Below, in pieces: positions 1 to 12,676 of a stretch of 64,000 nt of DNA (its first letter is position 1; each line of letters opens with the position of its first letter). The stretch comes from Tubulanus polymorphus (taxonomy: Eukaryota > Animalia > Nemertea). The notes below the pieces were generated by a model, which saw only the letters and a list, made by a program, of their open reading frames with translations, had not been told where the DNA came from and made no database searches. Position numbers and translations under genes: made by a program. The DNA lies in the NCBI RefSeq assembly GCF_964204645.1, contig NC_134031.1, positions 10,542,088-10,606,087 on the forward strand, in the 5' to 3' direction.

Positions 1-1693
1 GAATTCATTTCGAGTTTTACCGGAACTGTTATGACCAGACGAGGCTTGACGCGATTGTTGAAGCTGCGCGCTAGTTCTCCAACCGGCATCCGTAGCCGCC
101 TGAGAAAGCGCTGAAGTTTGAGTTGGTCTTGTTTGCGTCCGTGCCGAACCTTGCGCCGCCGGCGTTGGACCCAAACGCTTTTTCCATTGAGTTTGGACGG
201 TGGACCTGGTCTGGACCTCCCGAATCTTTCTCAGGTGAACAGGTGCGCACCAACCGGAGAAGAGACGTGAAGACGTCCTCAATGGAGCTATAAGCAAAGA
301 ATTGGACACCATATCTGGTAGACGAGGTTTGGAACTGGAGTCCATAACTGACTGACGGGAGGCTAATATAAATTAGCCTGACCCCGAACCGACAACAGAA
401 TTACATGTGAAACAGACCAAGCCAAAGATTGGATAATCCAGTCCATTCCCTCTAGTTTTAGGGCAACTGACTCTGGGTTGGAGCCCCCATGGACGGCGGC
501 GAGAGTTTTGCGAAGCTCACCCGTCAACTCCTTAACAAAAACGTTCCAGGGCGACATTCACCCCATAATTGCGTATCTAATCGAGCCCATTCTCTTGAAA
601 CTACTGAGGATTAACGTAAAACATTAAGATCAGAGTCCGGAGGGTGATAAGCTCCCATTGACTCACCGAACAGAGCTGCTGTGGGCTTAGCGCGAGTTGC
701 CCCGTGTTTGACAAAAAACTCAACAATCATTGCTCTAAATGGCATGTACCCCACTGGTTCGGATAAAACTGAATGGGACGGAGATACATTGCAAGCCAGG
801 GAAGTTCCCATTGTATGGGGCAACCCAAAATTACTTGCGGCAGGAACGACCCCAGAAGGAATTGCGGCTTCTGGGACCGGATCCTCATTGAAATCAGACC
901 CTACCCCAGCATCCAGGAATTCAGAGTCAGATTCCGAATAACGAGTGGGCTGGCGAACTTCTAACCAGACTATCAGGAATAGGCTTACCTGTTGTAGAAG
1001 TTGTAGCGACTTGTTGCAACGACGATAACAAGTTCAAAATTTTTTGTTCAAATACATGGAAATCCTTCTGAGTAAGGTATCCCGGCGATCATGACGACTT
1101 TGGTGACGGTCCCTCAAATGGGATCGAGACCTGCTGGAAGAATCGCCTTCTTCGCTAAACAACGTCGACGAACGGCGAAACTTTCTGCAATAACGATCGT
1201 AATCCCTCTCACGATCAATCCTTGATCTGCGAGAAGGAGACCTTGCGCGTTTATTATGCTCACGGCGTCTGGACCTAGTGGGAGAGCGAGCTCTATCCCC
1301 GGAGCGACGATGACTATGATTTGAAACGTCAGAATCAGACGATGTACGAACTGGAAGTTTAGAACCAGTTTTAGTGACGTCTGGACTGGACCGGTTCCGA
1401 CCGAACCAGTGCCGGCCGGCTTGTGCTGGCATCTCGACTACCACGGCACGCGCTCGGTTCAGAACATATAGTCTGAACAGGAAGAACCGGCTGAACCGGT
1501 GATTGACCAGCGACCGGTGAAAAAATCCAACGCGTTCATATACAAGAACGCCAAGAAAAAAGATGGCGGATTTCGCCCGTGGCTAAATGCAATACCGCAG
1601 GGCCGGGTCGTATAGAAAAACCATTGGCAATCAATCCAAATTTAGAAAATATTGGCAAAAACCAAAGGAAAGGGTACAGTACTCAAGGGAAAT
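1..1693 (-). mobile_element. DIRS1-like retrotransposon copy A (5' part, more diverged, internal deletions, cut by window edge)
   Basis: Homologous to the gag region of 14563-16410 and to the 5' ITR (about 1557-1693); deletions near 545 and 1520. Confidence 0.9.
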
Positions 1694-2339
1694 GAATGGA
1701 TTGATTTAAGCTTCTGCTGGTATCGAGGCCGACGGACTGGGTGTGATATTTTGATGACAACATTTATTAAGGCAGTCTATATTTAATGGCTGTATATTTA
1801 ATGGCTGTATACCATCGGTAGATATTGAATCATTGCCACGACGCCATTGACTACATTTTGAACTCCACAATACACAGGAGTCCATGCACTAAATTGCCTG
1901 GGATTGTAGTCCTGTTGTTATCACGACATAATTGGAGTGCTGTCCTGGTCCCCCTTATATGAAATTATTGGCTGGATTCCTTGCATTATAGAATTGAGTT
2001 AAACTAAGTAAATTTTAACAGCTATACGTGAAAGGGGAGTTGCCGTTTTAGCAACTCATGGAAGTTACAGATCAATATAGGCCTATGTTATTCCGTTCAA
2101 TCTATCCCTATGGTAAATTTGGGAAGAAAGTCATCGTTAGATTTTAGGTTTTCAGCACCAATGGACAGAAAAGTGGCCAGGGCTGCACTATGATGAATTG
2201 AAGGATTGTGTTTTCAGCAGCGATGGTGGACCCAATAGTTTTTTACTTACGTCGGGCCTTGGTATGTGTCCCTGTTATCTATTCCCAGCACACATTGGTA
2301 CATAATCCCCTCATGTCAAGTGTATTACTCATTGATTAC

Positions 2340-2493
2340 CTTGACAGATTTTATTTTTGACATCTCTCATGAGTGGCCCAAGTCCTGGTTCATTGGAACT
2401 GTATGGGTTGCCTAACATTCGACCTTGTAAGAAGTCTTCCTGCTGAAGATCTTTATCAAGTGATATGAAGAACTGACCGACATCATTTTCCTC
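2340..2493 (-). CDS. UBR4: UBR4 exon 14 (gene continues beyond the left edge)
   Basis: [51 protein letters not shown]; 154 nt. Confidence 0.95.
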
Positions 2494-2956
2494 CTAGAAA
2501 AAGATAAAAACTTATTTTTTGACATGTTATTAAAACTTAACCCAAATCAGACAAATTATGCACACCAGTGAAACATTAGATTATTGTAAAGAAAAGGGTG
2601 TTTGTATTTGTACCTCCCCACATGGGACTTGACCTTAACATACACGTGCTCTGGCTATAAGAAGTGTGCGAATAATGGACATAACTTCATCACAACAAAA
2701 TAAACAAGAGGACCATAAGGTGCATATAGTCAAAGACAGAGTTTAAAATTGACTAGCAGTGAGTGTACGTATAAAAAGATGTCATTGTCAGTGAAAACAA
2801 ATTCAAGTTTCTCATATCTTGTTTCTATTATACGCATGCCGAACAGGGTATTTTTCATCTTTCAATCCGAGCCAGTCTGTGTTGACACGAGGCAGGGCGC
2901 CGCTTATCTCACCGAGTGTACATACAGCACTGTCTCTAGCCTACTACATGTACATA

Positions 2957-3353
2957 AGCTGCGTTCACACCAGTACGGTACTAAGCGCTTACACTGGAAA
3001 TTATTCAAGACCTATTCGCAGCTTATTCAGTTCTGTACTGAAATTTGCGGCTCATTTAGCGCGGAATGCAATTACGCGCCGAAAACCCGATTTCAGTACG
3101 GAATTGAGCTGGCTGCGTATTTTCTGTAGCGTGAACGTAGATTCAGTGCTTAGCTAGCCACGTATTTACATCTTCGTAGTACAGTACACTTATTACACTC
3201 CCCTCTATTGGCACACCGGGTGACTACTATACTGGGCTTACTAAGTGCTGAATTGACGACTCTAAGTGTGAACGTAACAGGCTGTATTTTGGTGAATTTG
3301 GCACCAGCAAAGTACGGTACTTCATAAGCGCCGTATCTAGTTTGAACGCGGCT
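2957..3353. mobile_element. PIF/Harbinger-like MITE
   Basis: TIR AGCTGCGTTCACAC / TTTGAACGCGGCT with TA-rich flanks. Confidence 0.6.
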
Positions 3354-3559
3354 TAACTATGGTGGATTCCCCAGGTGTACCCCTTCAAATGGTGCAGTTT
3401 GCATAGATAATGTGATGGAGGCTGGTTGTTTCGATGATAATCATAGCTCCTGATGATGGATACAGGTAAATGACATTTTATCAGTTCTCAGTTAAGATAC
3501 AGCGTTATGGGACTATATCCATTATATATATAGAGCTATAAATCGGATCCGTTTTCTCT

Positions 3560-6474
3560 ATCTGCGCAAAGTAGGTACGTGATCGCATAATGACTTTTTG
3601 CACGAGTTGTTACTTCGCAATAAACCTGCGCGAGCTGTGAACAGGTGCGCGATCGCGTATTGCATTGACGTACTGCGTACTGTGCGAGTCCTTCGCGCAG
3701 AATGAACCTGTGCGAGTTGTGATGAACAGATTTTACTTTATTCAATTAATTATGCAGCGAACTGTTAAAACATCAATATCAATAAAAGTAAGATTTTTCA
3801 CTATTTGAATTCGTCAAGAAGCGATATTTAGAAACGTTGTAAATTATCGTTAAAAGCTAAAGATTTGATGGTTTTGATTTTATATGCCTAATGACGATGA
3901 TTATATTGATGTAGTGTATTAAACTTGTAACTTGTAGTGTATCAAAATAGTGATACGGTACGTGAAAAGTAGCTTAATTACCTTTATCTGTTTATTAATC
4001 CTAATGTCATGAAATAATCCTGGTCAAGACGATGTCCTAACGTAAACTGAACAGTTCTGTTCTGGCCCAAGCTTATATTTTATTAATTCTATCGTGCACG
4101 CGAACTTAAAGCCTGGCGCATGACACGAGGCAATTTTTAGTCGTCGTGTTGCGACCAATTTTATCTCACGAAAATGCTGCACACCTCGGTTCAAAAATCT
4201 AAAAATATTAACCATTTTTTTATCACTTTCACTAATCCGCAAAGAATAACCGCAGATCCTGATTTCTTTGAAAATTTCTCAGCATACTTCGTTGCCATAT
4301 GCAACGCACGTCATAGGTCTGCAGTCATCTTTTTTGAGTCTGTATCCATGTCGTTAATCGTTGGTCGTTGGTTGTTTTCCGTTGTAAATGATGTTGTAAG
4401 TGATGTTAAGTGTTTGAAGAATCAAAGAATACTGTTTAATGTGCTGAGAAATTGCAGATTTTTATACGGTTCTTCTATCATTGTCTGCAGAGTTTTTAGA
4501 ACAACAAGTTTACACAACTCTTCTAGATATGATAACTATAAAGAAATTAGGGTTCCTGGTACGATTGGCAAACATTGTGCCGGTATTTTAAAATAAATGG
4601 GCGAATAGTATTACTAATTAGGCACATGCCACAATTTCTGCTTCGTTTAACATTTTGGCTACTTATTGTAAGAATTACTCGCATTTGAAACTAAAAGAAT
4701 ACCGGTATCGATTATAATGATTTCTTTGTTCGTTACCTCAGGTGCCAACACTAGACTGGTACTTAGTTTAAAAATGCATTTACATAGTAGTTTATACTAG
4801 ACTTATAATTAGTTAACGGCAGAAATTCATGATAAATGTGTATATACATAGTAATCAAGTTATATCCAGTCAGGCGTATTCCATCCGATGGCGCCAGGTG
4901 CCTTCAGAAAATAATGCCGGTCTGCTCTCCTTCTCAACCGCACCATAGAGATTACATACCATTTTTCCAACCCTCGAATTCATTTATTTTAACTTATCCA
5001 ATGATCACAATTTCCATAATGAACGGTATTTAATTTTGTGTAAATAGTAATATACAATATAAGCCGAAATATCATCTTTCTTATATATGTTCTTTATCAT
5101 AATTAGTACATTCAAATTTAAACACACCAACTTTTATTAATTAAGATAATAAAACTCTTTAATATTACTCCTTAATAATCAATTTATCAGACTAAGGGTC
5201 AGCGAGTGTTAAGTATATTTCATAATTGCTCATTTCCACGAATTCTTCTCATGACTACAGCGCCGTAATTACCTTCAAATGATTTAGATTGCTCGCCTGA
5301 TACAAGTATGAATGTTTCAGACAAACAACCATTAAGGCGGATAATGTATTATCTTGCATAACGAAACAATGCATGTATTCTCCCAGGACATACCAAGAAA
5401 CCTACGTATATAAATCGATTGATCTTTTTGAGAATACAATTCAGCTGCGGATCAATAACTTATTTATTGACCAAAAAGACAATTTTAATAATTAGATTAA
5501 TGCAAATGATAGATGTCAAATATTATCATATGTATATAATGCAGGTAGGAGAATGAATTTATGGCAAAATATAAGGGCTTCCTTAAATTACAAATAGAAA
5601 TGCTGACGAACTCATTTTCTTAGCTGTCAGGTCTAAAAATTACTTGTTTGTATAATTATCTAAATACTTTATACATAAGTGGTCAGCTATGTGTAAAATA
5701 AACTTGGGGAAAATGAGAAATTAGGTATAATTTTTTGTCCTATATCGCGCAATAAATGAATCAAAAAAATAAAATAAATGAATAAAAAAACTAGAAAATG
5801 CTTACTACAGACCACTAAAAGAGATACCTTTTTTCTCTTCAATCTGTGGGTGTTTAACATTAACGTTTAACGTGTTATTTCAATATCTTTTTATATACAT
5901 GTATAATGTTTAGTCAATGTGTCTACACGTGTATGACTTCATTAGTAATGAACAAAATTGTTATTTAAAACTCGTCTTTTCTCTCGGTCAGTATACGTGT
6001 ATTTAATGTTCTCTGCTAAACTGTTTGTAGATATCTCACATATGTACGCTAACAATTCCAAACACAAGCAATTTATACTCGTTTATTGTCTCTCACGTTA
6101 CATGTATTCAACTCTTGTCATAGGTAATTACCCCTAGTTTGTTTTGCTTTTTTAATCCTCTTAGATCGCTTCTGTCCTAATTACTTACATTTGTGGCGGA
6201 CTTCGTTTTTTTTTTGTCTGTCATTGTCGAGAAATCCTTTGAAAAAATTGTCACTTTTATCCCGCTCGCCCGAAAAATCATCGCACTAAGTAGAGGTGAA
6301 ATAAAATCCACGTGCCCGCAACAGAAGTCTTAGATAGTACGAAGTACCAGGTCTAATAACCTCGCGCAACTGATCATTACTATCAGCTGCGCGAAGTACC
6401 GGGTCTAATTACCTCGCGCAGTAACAACTCGCGCAACTGACCATTACGCGATTGCATAACTGGTTCGCGCAGAT
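3560..6474. mobile_element. Old non-autonomous TIR element
   Basis: Imperfect ~60-bp inverted ends (ATCTGCGC..ATCGC.TAATG..GAGTTGTTACT) with CGCGCA subterminal repeats; no TSD seen. Confidence 0.5.
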
Positions 6475-6501
6475 CGTCAGTCTCTGACCTTTACATACCT
6501 G

Positions 6502-6527
6502 ATATATATATATATATATATATATAT
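6502..6527. repeat. (AT)n microsatellite
   Basis: Visible run next to the exon 13 donor. Confidence 0.95.
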
Positions 6528-6544
6528 TTCTTTAGAGTACTTAC

Positions 6545-6666
6545 AGGGTATATGATGCTGCACAGTCGTTCAAAAATGAATACAGGAGATCTATAATCAT
6601 CTAAAGGATACTTCTGCAGGGTCTCGACACAAATGAACATGAATTCTCTAGTCTCACTTTCAGTAC
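6545..6666 (-). CDS. UBR4: UBR4 exon 13
   Basis: TESETREFMFICVETLQKYPLDDYRSPVFIFERLCSIIYP; 122 nt. Confidence 0.95.
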
Positions 6667-6734
6667 CTATAAAAAGTAACATGATCAATCAATACTTACA
6701 AGTATAACTTGATTAATACAATCAATACAATTGA

Positions 6735-7063
6735 GCGAGTAGTGTGGGTGAGTAGTTAGAGCTTTCGCCTGTGGGAAGCCAGGTTGTAGGTTCGAACCCC
6801 CGCACTTTATAGTAGTGTCCTTGGGGAAGACATTTATCATCATTGCCTAACGGGCACGCTTTACCCAGGAGTAAATAGGTACCTGGCCAGATAGCAGACT
6901 CCAGAGCTCCTATCAGCTGCTCAGATGTTTCTTCTGTGCAGGAATAGATGACTGATACATGAATAGAGTTATAGGCTGGGGTAATAATACCAAGTTTTGA
7001 GTGCATTTGAACAAACTCTAGTTTGGATACCTGCACTATATAAATGTCAATTATTATTATTAT
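6735..7063 (+). mobile_element. tRNA-derived SINE with central conserved domain and L2-like tail
   Basis: A-box-like TGGGTGAGTAGTT, B box GGTTCGAACCCC, GTGTCCTTGGGGAAGACA and CCCAGGAGTAAATAGGTACC blocks, tail CTATATAAAT..(TTA)n. Confidence 0.8.
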
Positions 7064-7954
7064 CATAAATAATACGAAAGGACCATAACATCCATATGTT
7101 AAAAATTGGCTAGTGGTAGATAAGGAAATGACTCTAAACCAACTACAACTGGGGATTCCCTGCATGGAACAGAAATTTAAGAAATATTTGGATTCAAAGA
7201 CTGTGTGAAAACAAAACATTTTCATTATGTCAATATGAACATTGATATGCTGTCACTTGTGACTATAGCATGTGTAGTCTGAGATTCTATTGATCACACA
7301 CGACAGCAAACTGCAGGCACATGTTTTTGCCTTGTCTAATGATATGACAAGACGCAACATGCCTGCAGTGAATGAATAAATGCACATATGCAGGGCCATA
7401 AAGCTTGGAAATAATTTCTGTCTGCCAAAATTTAGGACATTCAAAGACATTGTCTTCCAAATTTGAAGATCCAGCAACATTTCAAAGACTTTCAAATAAT
7501 CTAAAAACGGCTACAGACTCTACTGATCATATTCATTGTACATGTACAGCAAGGTTTGATGGTAGCGACCTAGTTTGTTATGCTTGTGCGTGAGAGATTG
7601 ATCAACAACCATAATATGAACCAGAATTACAAAGACAATAGCTAGGCGGCTATGGTACATTGTATATTGGATTGCAAATATGTGATTTTTGGTGTACAGA
7701 CATTATGGGACAGGCATTTTACATGACTCAAATTGGGCATACAGCATGTTCCAAGTAAAGAACCTGGTGTATCGAAACTTTGGAGTAACACTTTTTGTGA
7801 AAAAAAGTTTTTGCATTCAATTTGAATTGATAATGGGGCCAGGTAAATAATATCTGATTGGTCAAATCGAAAGGTCATATAATCATTATTTCTTATATCC
7901 AGCATATAGTTTCTTAGATCCTGCAACAGAAGGATAAAATGGTTTCAAACATAC

Positions 7955-8128
7955 CAGTGGTCATATCTTCAAGCAGGTCGAGAAGTTTGTCTTGAGTCTC
8001 ATCGATTAGCTTTGTTCTTTGAACAACAAGTTTTCTCAGTGACAAATATCCATTGAGGACTGGTCCAACCAATCTACTCTTATAGCGCTGTTTAATATTC
8101 TCTTGATCAACAAATGATGATAATAATT
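7955..8128 (-). CDS. UBR4: UBR4 exon 12
   Basis: LLSSFVDQENIKQRYKSRLVGPVLNGYLSLRKLVVQRTKLIDETQDKLLDLLEDMTT; 174 nt. Confidence 0.95.
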
Positions 8129-9094
8129 CTGAAATGGAGATTCCCTCATTTTAGATCTGAGATCATCATATCAGATAAATAGTAGTCACTGCCTAACGTA
8201 AAAGCATTATAGTCAACCTCGCATAAGTTGCTTGTCACTCGTCAAAGTCTCATAAGTTTTTAAGTCTTGGTTTATTTTGTTTTAAAAATATTTCTATAAG
8301 TTGTACATTGCAAGTCTTATAAACATGCAAGTGGCACAAAAATATGTGGTCCCATTTCTTTATTATTCTTCAACTTTAATCGTTGTCTACGTTGCAGCTC
8401 TGGAATGTATCATACCGATATTTTAAGGCATAAATACATAGTTTCTTTGACCACATCATGTGGTTACAGCTTCTATAAATACACTAATAACAATGAAAAT
8501 AATAGTAACAATAGCAATAAAAATAATAATAATAATAATAATAATATTAATAATATTTGATTGAGCCCAACAAGTACAACTTATGCAAGGTTGACTGTTT
8601 TGGAATCATGCTCTAGATCTAAAACCTGAATTAGCTCATTCTTACGAATCAATCTAAACTAAATCAAAGTACACTTTTTTATCAATATGTTTTGGATTTG
8701 TTTTCAACCTGATCTTTTCATAGCTGTTCTGTAGATGGCGTTGTATTTAGCTTGTGTATTTTCACAAGAAATACGCCCACACTTTTCTCTGAAAGTTTAT
8801 TCGTTTGTCTGTTCACCAGTCGGTAACGTCGTAATATGAATGTGCTCCATAAATATCTATGTAACTAAATGACTCTGCAAATAATCTACATTTTTTTATT
8901 TCATATTTACTACTCATTCATCAATATGAATTGATCGAAAATCTAGTGAACAAAATCTATTATACTTATAATTTTGTACTATTTTAGAAATGGCATATTA
9001 AAGATTAGAATGGTCAGTTTCAAACAATCGTTATCGAAGTAAATCACAATATGCCATCTAGGTTTTGCAGATATAATTGGCTAGAGAGCAATAA

Positions 9095-9161
9095 GTGTGT
9101 GTGTGTGTGTGGTGTGTGGGTGTGTGGGTGTGGGTGTGGGTGTGTGTGTGTGTGTGTGTGT
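9095..9161. repeat. (GT)n compound microsatellite
   Basis: Visible GT/GGT run about 35 nt from the exon 11 donor. Confidence 0.95.
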
Positions 9162-9194
9162 AGCTTAGGACTTGGAAGTTCTCAAGATGTTTAC

Positions 9195-9418
9195 CAGTCA
9201 AGGCGCGTAAGGCATATCCAAGTGATAGGTCAGAGTTGAGAGTGGTTTCTTCTAGAGTTGATAACTTATCAATTTCTTTCATGATGAGTCCACCAATTAT
9301 TGGTAAAATTCCTTTGATAGCTAGATAATGTTTCCAGTGAGCCGGGTTGATGAGTCGCTTGTAAAGGGCAAGAAATTCTGCAGTATTTTCACCATTACGA
9401 CATAGTTCATCCAAATAT
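9195..9418 (-). CDS. UBR4: UBR4 exon 11
   Basis: YLDELCRNGENTAEFLALYKRLI...HWKHYLA...LEETTLNSDLSLGYALRALT; 224 nt. Confidence 0.95.
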
Positions 9419-9690
9419 CTACAATGAACATATCAGTATTATAGTAATTAACCCTATCAGTGTAAACCCTGACTATAGTTGTGATGGGCTAATTGATCCC
9501 ACTTGTCAAGTATGACTTAAGTTGGGATGAACTCTGCACGCTTACTAAGATGGTGAAGCAGTCCTGCAGCTCGAGCCAGTAAACTACTATGGCTGTTGTG
9601 CATATCATACTTCGCTCAAATGCCATATACATAATTCATATGATGACTAAAGCACACAGAATACACTGCAAGACTGCCAAAAAATCTTAC

Positions 9691-9847
9691 CCAGTTAGGA
9701 GATCCAACACTTTTCTATGCCGATCATGTATTTGACAAATCGACTCAATGATATTACAAGCTGTCTGCCTTGCAGCTCTTGATGATGGTGTGAACAATGC
9801 TTGTCGCAACCATGTCCCATGAACTAATTGCAGTGGCAATGTTTTCT
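9691..9847 (-). CDS. UBR4: UBR4 exon 10
   Basis: KTLPLQLVHGTWLRQALFTPSSRAARQTACNIIE...KVLDLLT; 157 nt. Confidence 0.93.
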
Positions 9848-10114
9848 CTATAAAAAGATGCAAGATTTAATGCATGATAAGTGTTTGATGTCTTTCATCA
9901 TGTATTGATTATGGGAAAAAATTGTGTATCATATCTTGATTATATTTAAATGATTACAGTTATGATGAAAATAATGATAATAACAATGCTTAATCATGAA
10001 TTCAGTTGGCATCGAGAAGGAAAAAAAGTAACTCTCAGAACCATTCTATAAGGAATTCAATTGCGAGCATTACATGCATATCGGTATGACGAAACCCATA
10101 AGAATAGATTTTAC

Positions 10115-10234
10115 CTTGTTGGACTTTGGACTTCCATCTGTTACCATATTTCTCCATCAAAAAAAGGGCTCTTGTATCATTTTTATCAGGTGGAATATGT
10201 AGTTTGTCATTTCCCGTCTCCACAAGTGATGGCA
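10115..10234 (-). CDS. UBR4: UBR4 exon 9
   Basis: PSLVETG...TRALFLMEKYGNRWKSKVQQ; 120 nt. Confidence 0.9.
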
Positions 10235-11262
10235 CTGTAAACAATTATGAAATATATTCATTAGAATGAATGTCCATTTAGCGAACCCGCTACTGGTCAC
10301 TCACAGAGTGCAACAATAAACTGGCACCATTTGACGATTAGTATATAAATAATAGAAACTTGTGTACTACATCAGTTGTATTGTAGAAATTCGATCAGTA
10401 GGAACATACTTGGAATATCTATTCTGAAAAATACTGTCATTATATCATAATGAATGAACACTGACTTGTTTCTTTGTGCATGTAAAAATAATTTTCGATT
10501 CCAGATGGTTGATACAAGTTACCTTAGTGTAGAAATAATCCATATAGTAGCACTTCATGCTACTTTAAAGATCAAAGGCATTCCAAAAATGCAGAGGTTT
10601 AATTATGAAAAATTTTTGTTAGTTAACCCACTAGCACTCAGGGATTTCACTATGTAGTGTCAATTACTCCTCAGAAAATTCGAAGGGAAAATCCAAGTTC
10701 ATCACGATACCAAATAGCTCATTTGCTGTTTATTTTCATGCATTACAAGTTGGTGTTAATTTGTAGTAAATAGTCAAGGCTTTTCATATGATGTAAGATT
10801 CGATGAGGTGGGCCACCAAAATTGTGTCCACTTGGTCCCCTGAAATTCATGTAAGGGTCTGGGGGCCCTCCCCCAGAAAATTTTGATTTTTCACATCCTC
10901 TCAGATCGTTTTGCAGTAGTTTTCACATTGAGATTTCACTCAGAAAATCAAACAACATTGTCCATGTTTTACTGTCACTCAACACACTGCTAGTTCCAAG
11001 ATGAGTCAAGCCGCTCATCACCTATTCATTTGCATGACAAAAAAATTACAATTTTTGGAAGTAAAATTTGTATTTCCGAGTAGTACTTACCCTTTCCTAT
11101 GGTTTTTGCCAATATTTTCTAAATTTGGATTGATCGCCAATGGTTTTTCTATACGACCCGGCCCTGCGGTATTGCATTTAGCCACCGGCGAAATCCGCCA
11201 TCTTTTTACGTCATAGCAGACCAAAAAAAAACAGCTATGCGGGGCAGGTGGGCAGGATTCCC

Positions 11263-11360
11263 ACCATAGGAAAGGGTAAGTACTACTCGGAAATACAAAT
11301 TTTAGTTCCAAAAATTGTAATATTTCCGTCGAGTACTGTACCCTTTCCTATGGTTTTTGC
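11263..11360. repeat. DIRS internal complementary region (ICR)
   Basis: Joined complements of the element 3' end (...AAAAATTGTAA) and 5' end (TATTTCCGTCGAG...); also present in copies C and D. Confidence 0.93.
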
Positions 11361-11617
11361 TAGACTAGCCTAGCACAAGGATGGTGGGAAAGGTAGATAG
11401 AAAAACCACCGCTCAAACGCAAGGTAAGAGGGAAAAAGAGAGCACTTACCCAAGCACGGAATGGAGCACTGTAGCACAGGGAAGACCGGTTGGCCACAGT
11501 GAGCCGTCCAGCTCAGGGGCCCCCCCAGAATTTTGCGAAATTAATACTTGCAGATATGAGCCCAAACTATGTACAAGGATACACCCCCTGCGATCCTGAT
11601 AATGCAACATAAATATT

Positions 11618-12676
11618 CTACACTAAAGGGTCCGATCGGAAAGAACGGACACCTTGAGCCATGACAACAGGACCAAGTGAAGCTAATGAGCCTAACTGGC
11701 CTGAAACATCCCGTAAATAAAATGACGTGAATGTCGATGGAGAATTCCAAAAGGCGGCCCGACAGACTTCCTCCAACGGAGCACCCGAAAAGGCTGCACA
11801 GGAAGTAGCCATAGACCTCACTTGATGAGAAACCACTCCCTCCGAGGAAAGATTCTCCTTCAATAAAATGTCCTTGATCAGTGAAGAGACCCATCGGGCC
11901 ACTGTGTCCCGCGAAATATCCCCCTTTAGGTGATCCAGCAGCGGAATAAATAACCGCTCCCGTGAACCCCTCCGTGAAGCAGAGCGATCTAAATAGAAAC
12001 ACAACGCCCGCACAGGACATAAAGTCCTGTCCGGGATGCCCGGTTCCACTCGATGTTTTAGGGCTTCAATTCGCCATTGACGCCCAACCGAGCCTGGTCG
12101 TTGGTTCTTTGCCAAAAATTCCAAAGCAGGCCGCAGCGAAACAAATTCTTTCGCTGGCCCAAAGACAATATGACCTTGTCGGACTGAAAGCGCATGAATC
12201 TCAGAGCGACGGGCTGAGCAAGCCAAGAACAGCAAAAATACAGTCTTTTTTGACAAATTTGCAAATGACGCTGCCGAAAGAGGTTCAAATGGAGCCTCCA
12301 TTAACTTCTTCAAAATTACAGACAGATCCCATGGTGGAACTGTCCTTGGTACCCGAGGCCGGGAAAGAGAAAACCCTGCAACCAGCTGGGATATCCGATG
12401 ATCCCCTGCTACATTTGGCCATCCAGAAGCACGCAATGTATGAGAAATCACGGAGCGGTAACCTTTAATAGTTATGACCTGCAAACCTTTCACTACAAAT
12501 AGGTGCAGTAAAAAATCTGCCAATTGAGCTACAGAGGGTGAGCATGGATCAATTACCCCTGCAGCACACCAATCCGCAAAATGACTCCATTTGGCATCGT
12601 GAATGGTACTTGTTGATGGCCGCTTAGATCCTGCGATAAAGGAGGCAGCCTGTTCTGAAAAGCCTGAAGCTGACAA
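11618..12676 (-). CDS. DIRS tyrosine recombinase core (open in copy B)
   Basis: SARRSE, LCPVRAL, HQVRS and STFTSFY motifs give the R...H-x-x-R...Y catalytic set. Confidence 0.9.
   Translation of the reverse strand: MSASGFSEQAASFIAGSKRPSTSTIHDAKWSHFADWCAAGVIDPCSPSVAQLADFLLHLFVVKGLQVITIKGYRSVISHTLRASGWPNVAGDHRISQLVAGFSLSRPRVPRTVPPWDLSVILKKLMEAPFEPLSAASFANLSKKTVFLLFLACSARRSEIHALSVRQGHIVFGPAKEFVSLRPALEFLAKNQRPGSVGRQWRIEALKHRVEPGIPDRTLCPVRALCFYLDRSASRRGSRERLFIPLLDHLKGDISRDTVARWVSSLIKDILLKENLSSEGVVSHQVRSMATSCAAFSGAPLEEVCRAAFWNSPSTFTSFYLRDVSGQLGSLASLGPVVMAQGVRSFRSDPLV

Noticed and set aside
4024-4596. ORFs inside the old TIR element as a captured gene
   Set aside because: Stops and frameshifts, and no recognisable domain; a vague MADS-like look is not supportable
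6735-6815. Functional tRNA gene
   Set aside because: Continues into a SINE body and tail; the cloverleaf is imperfect
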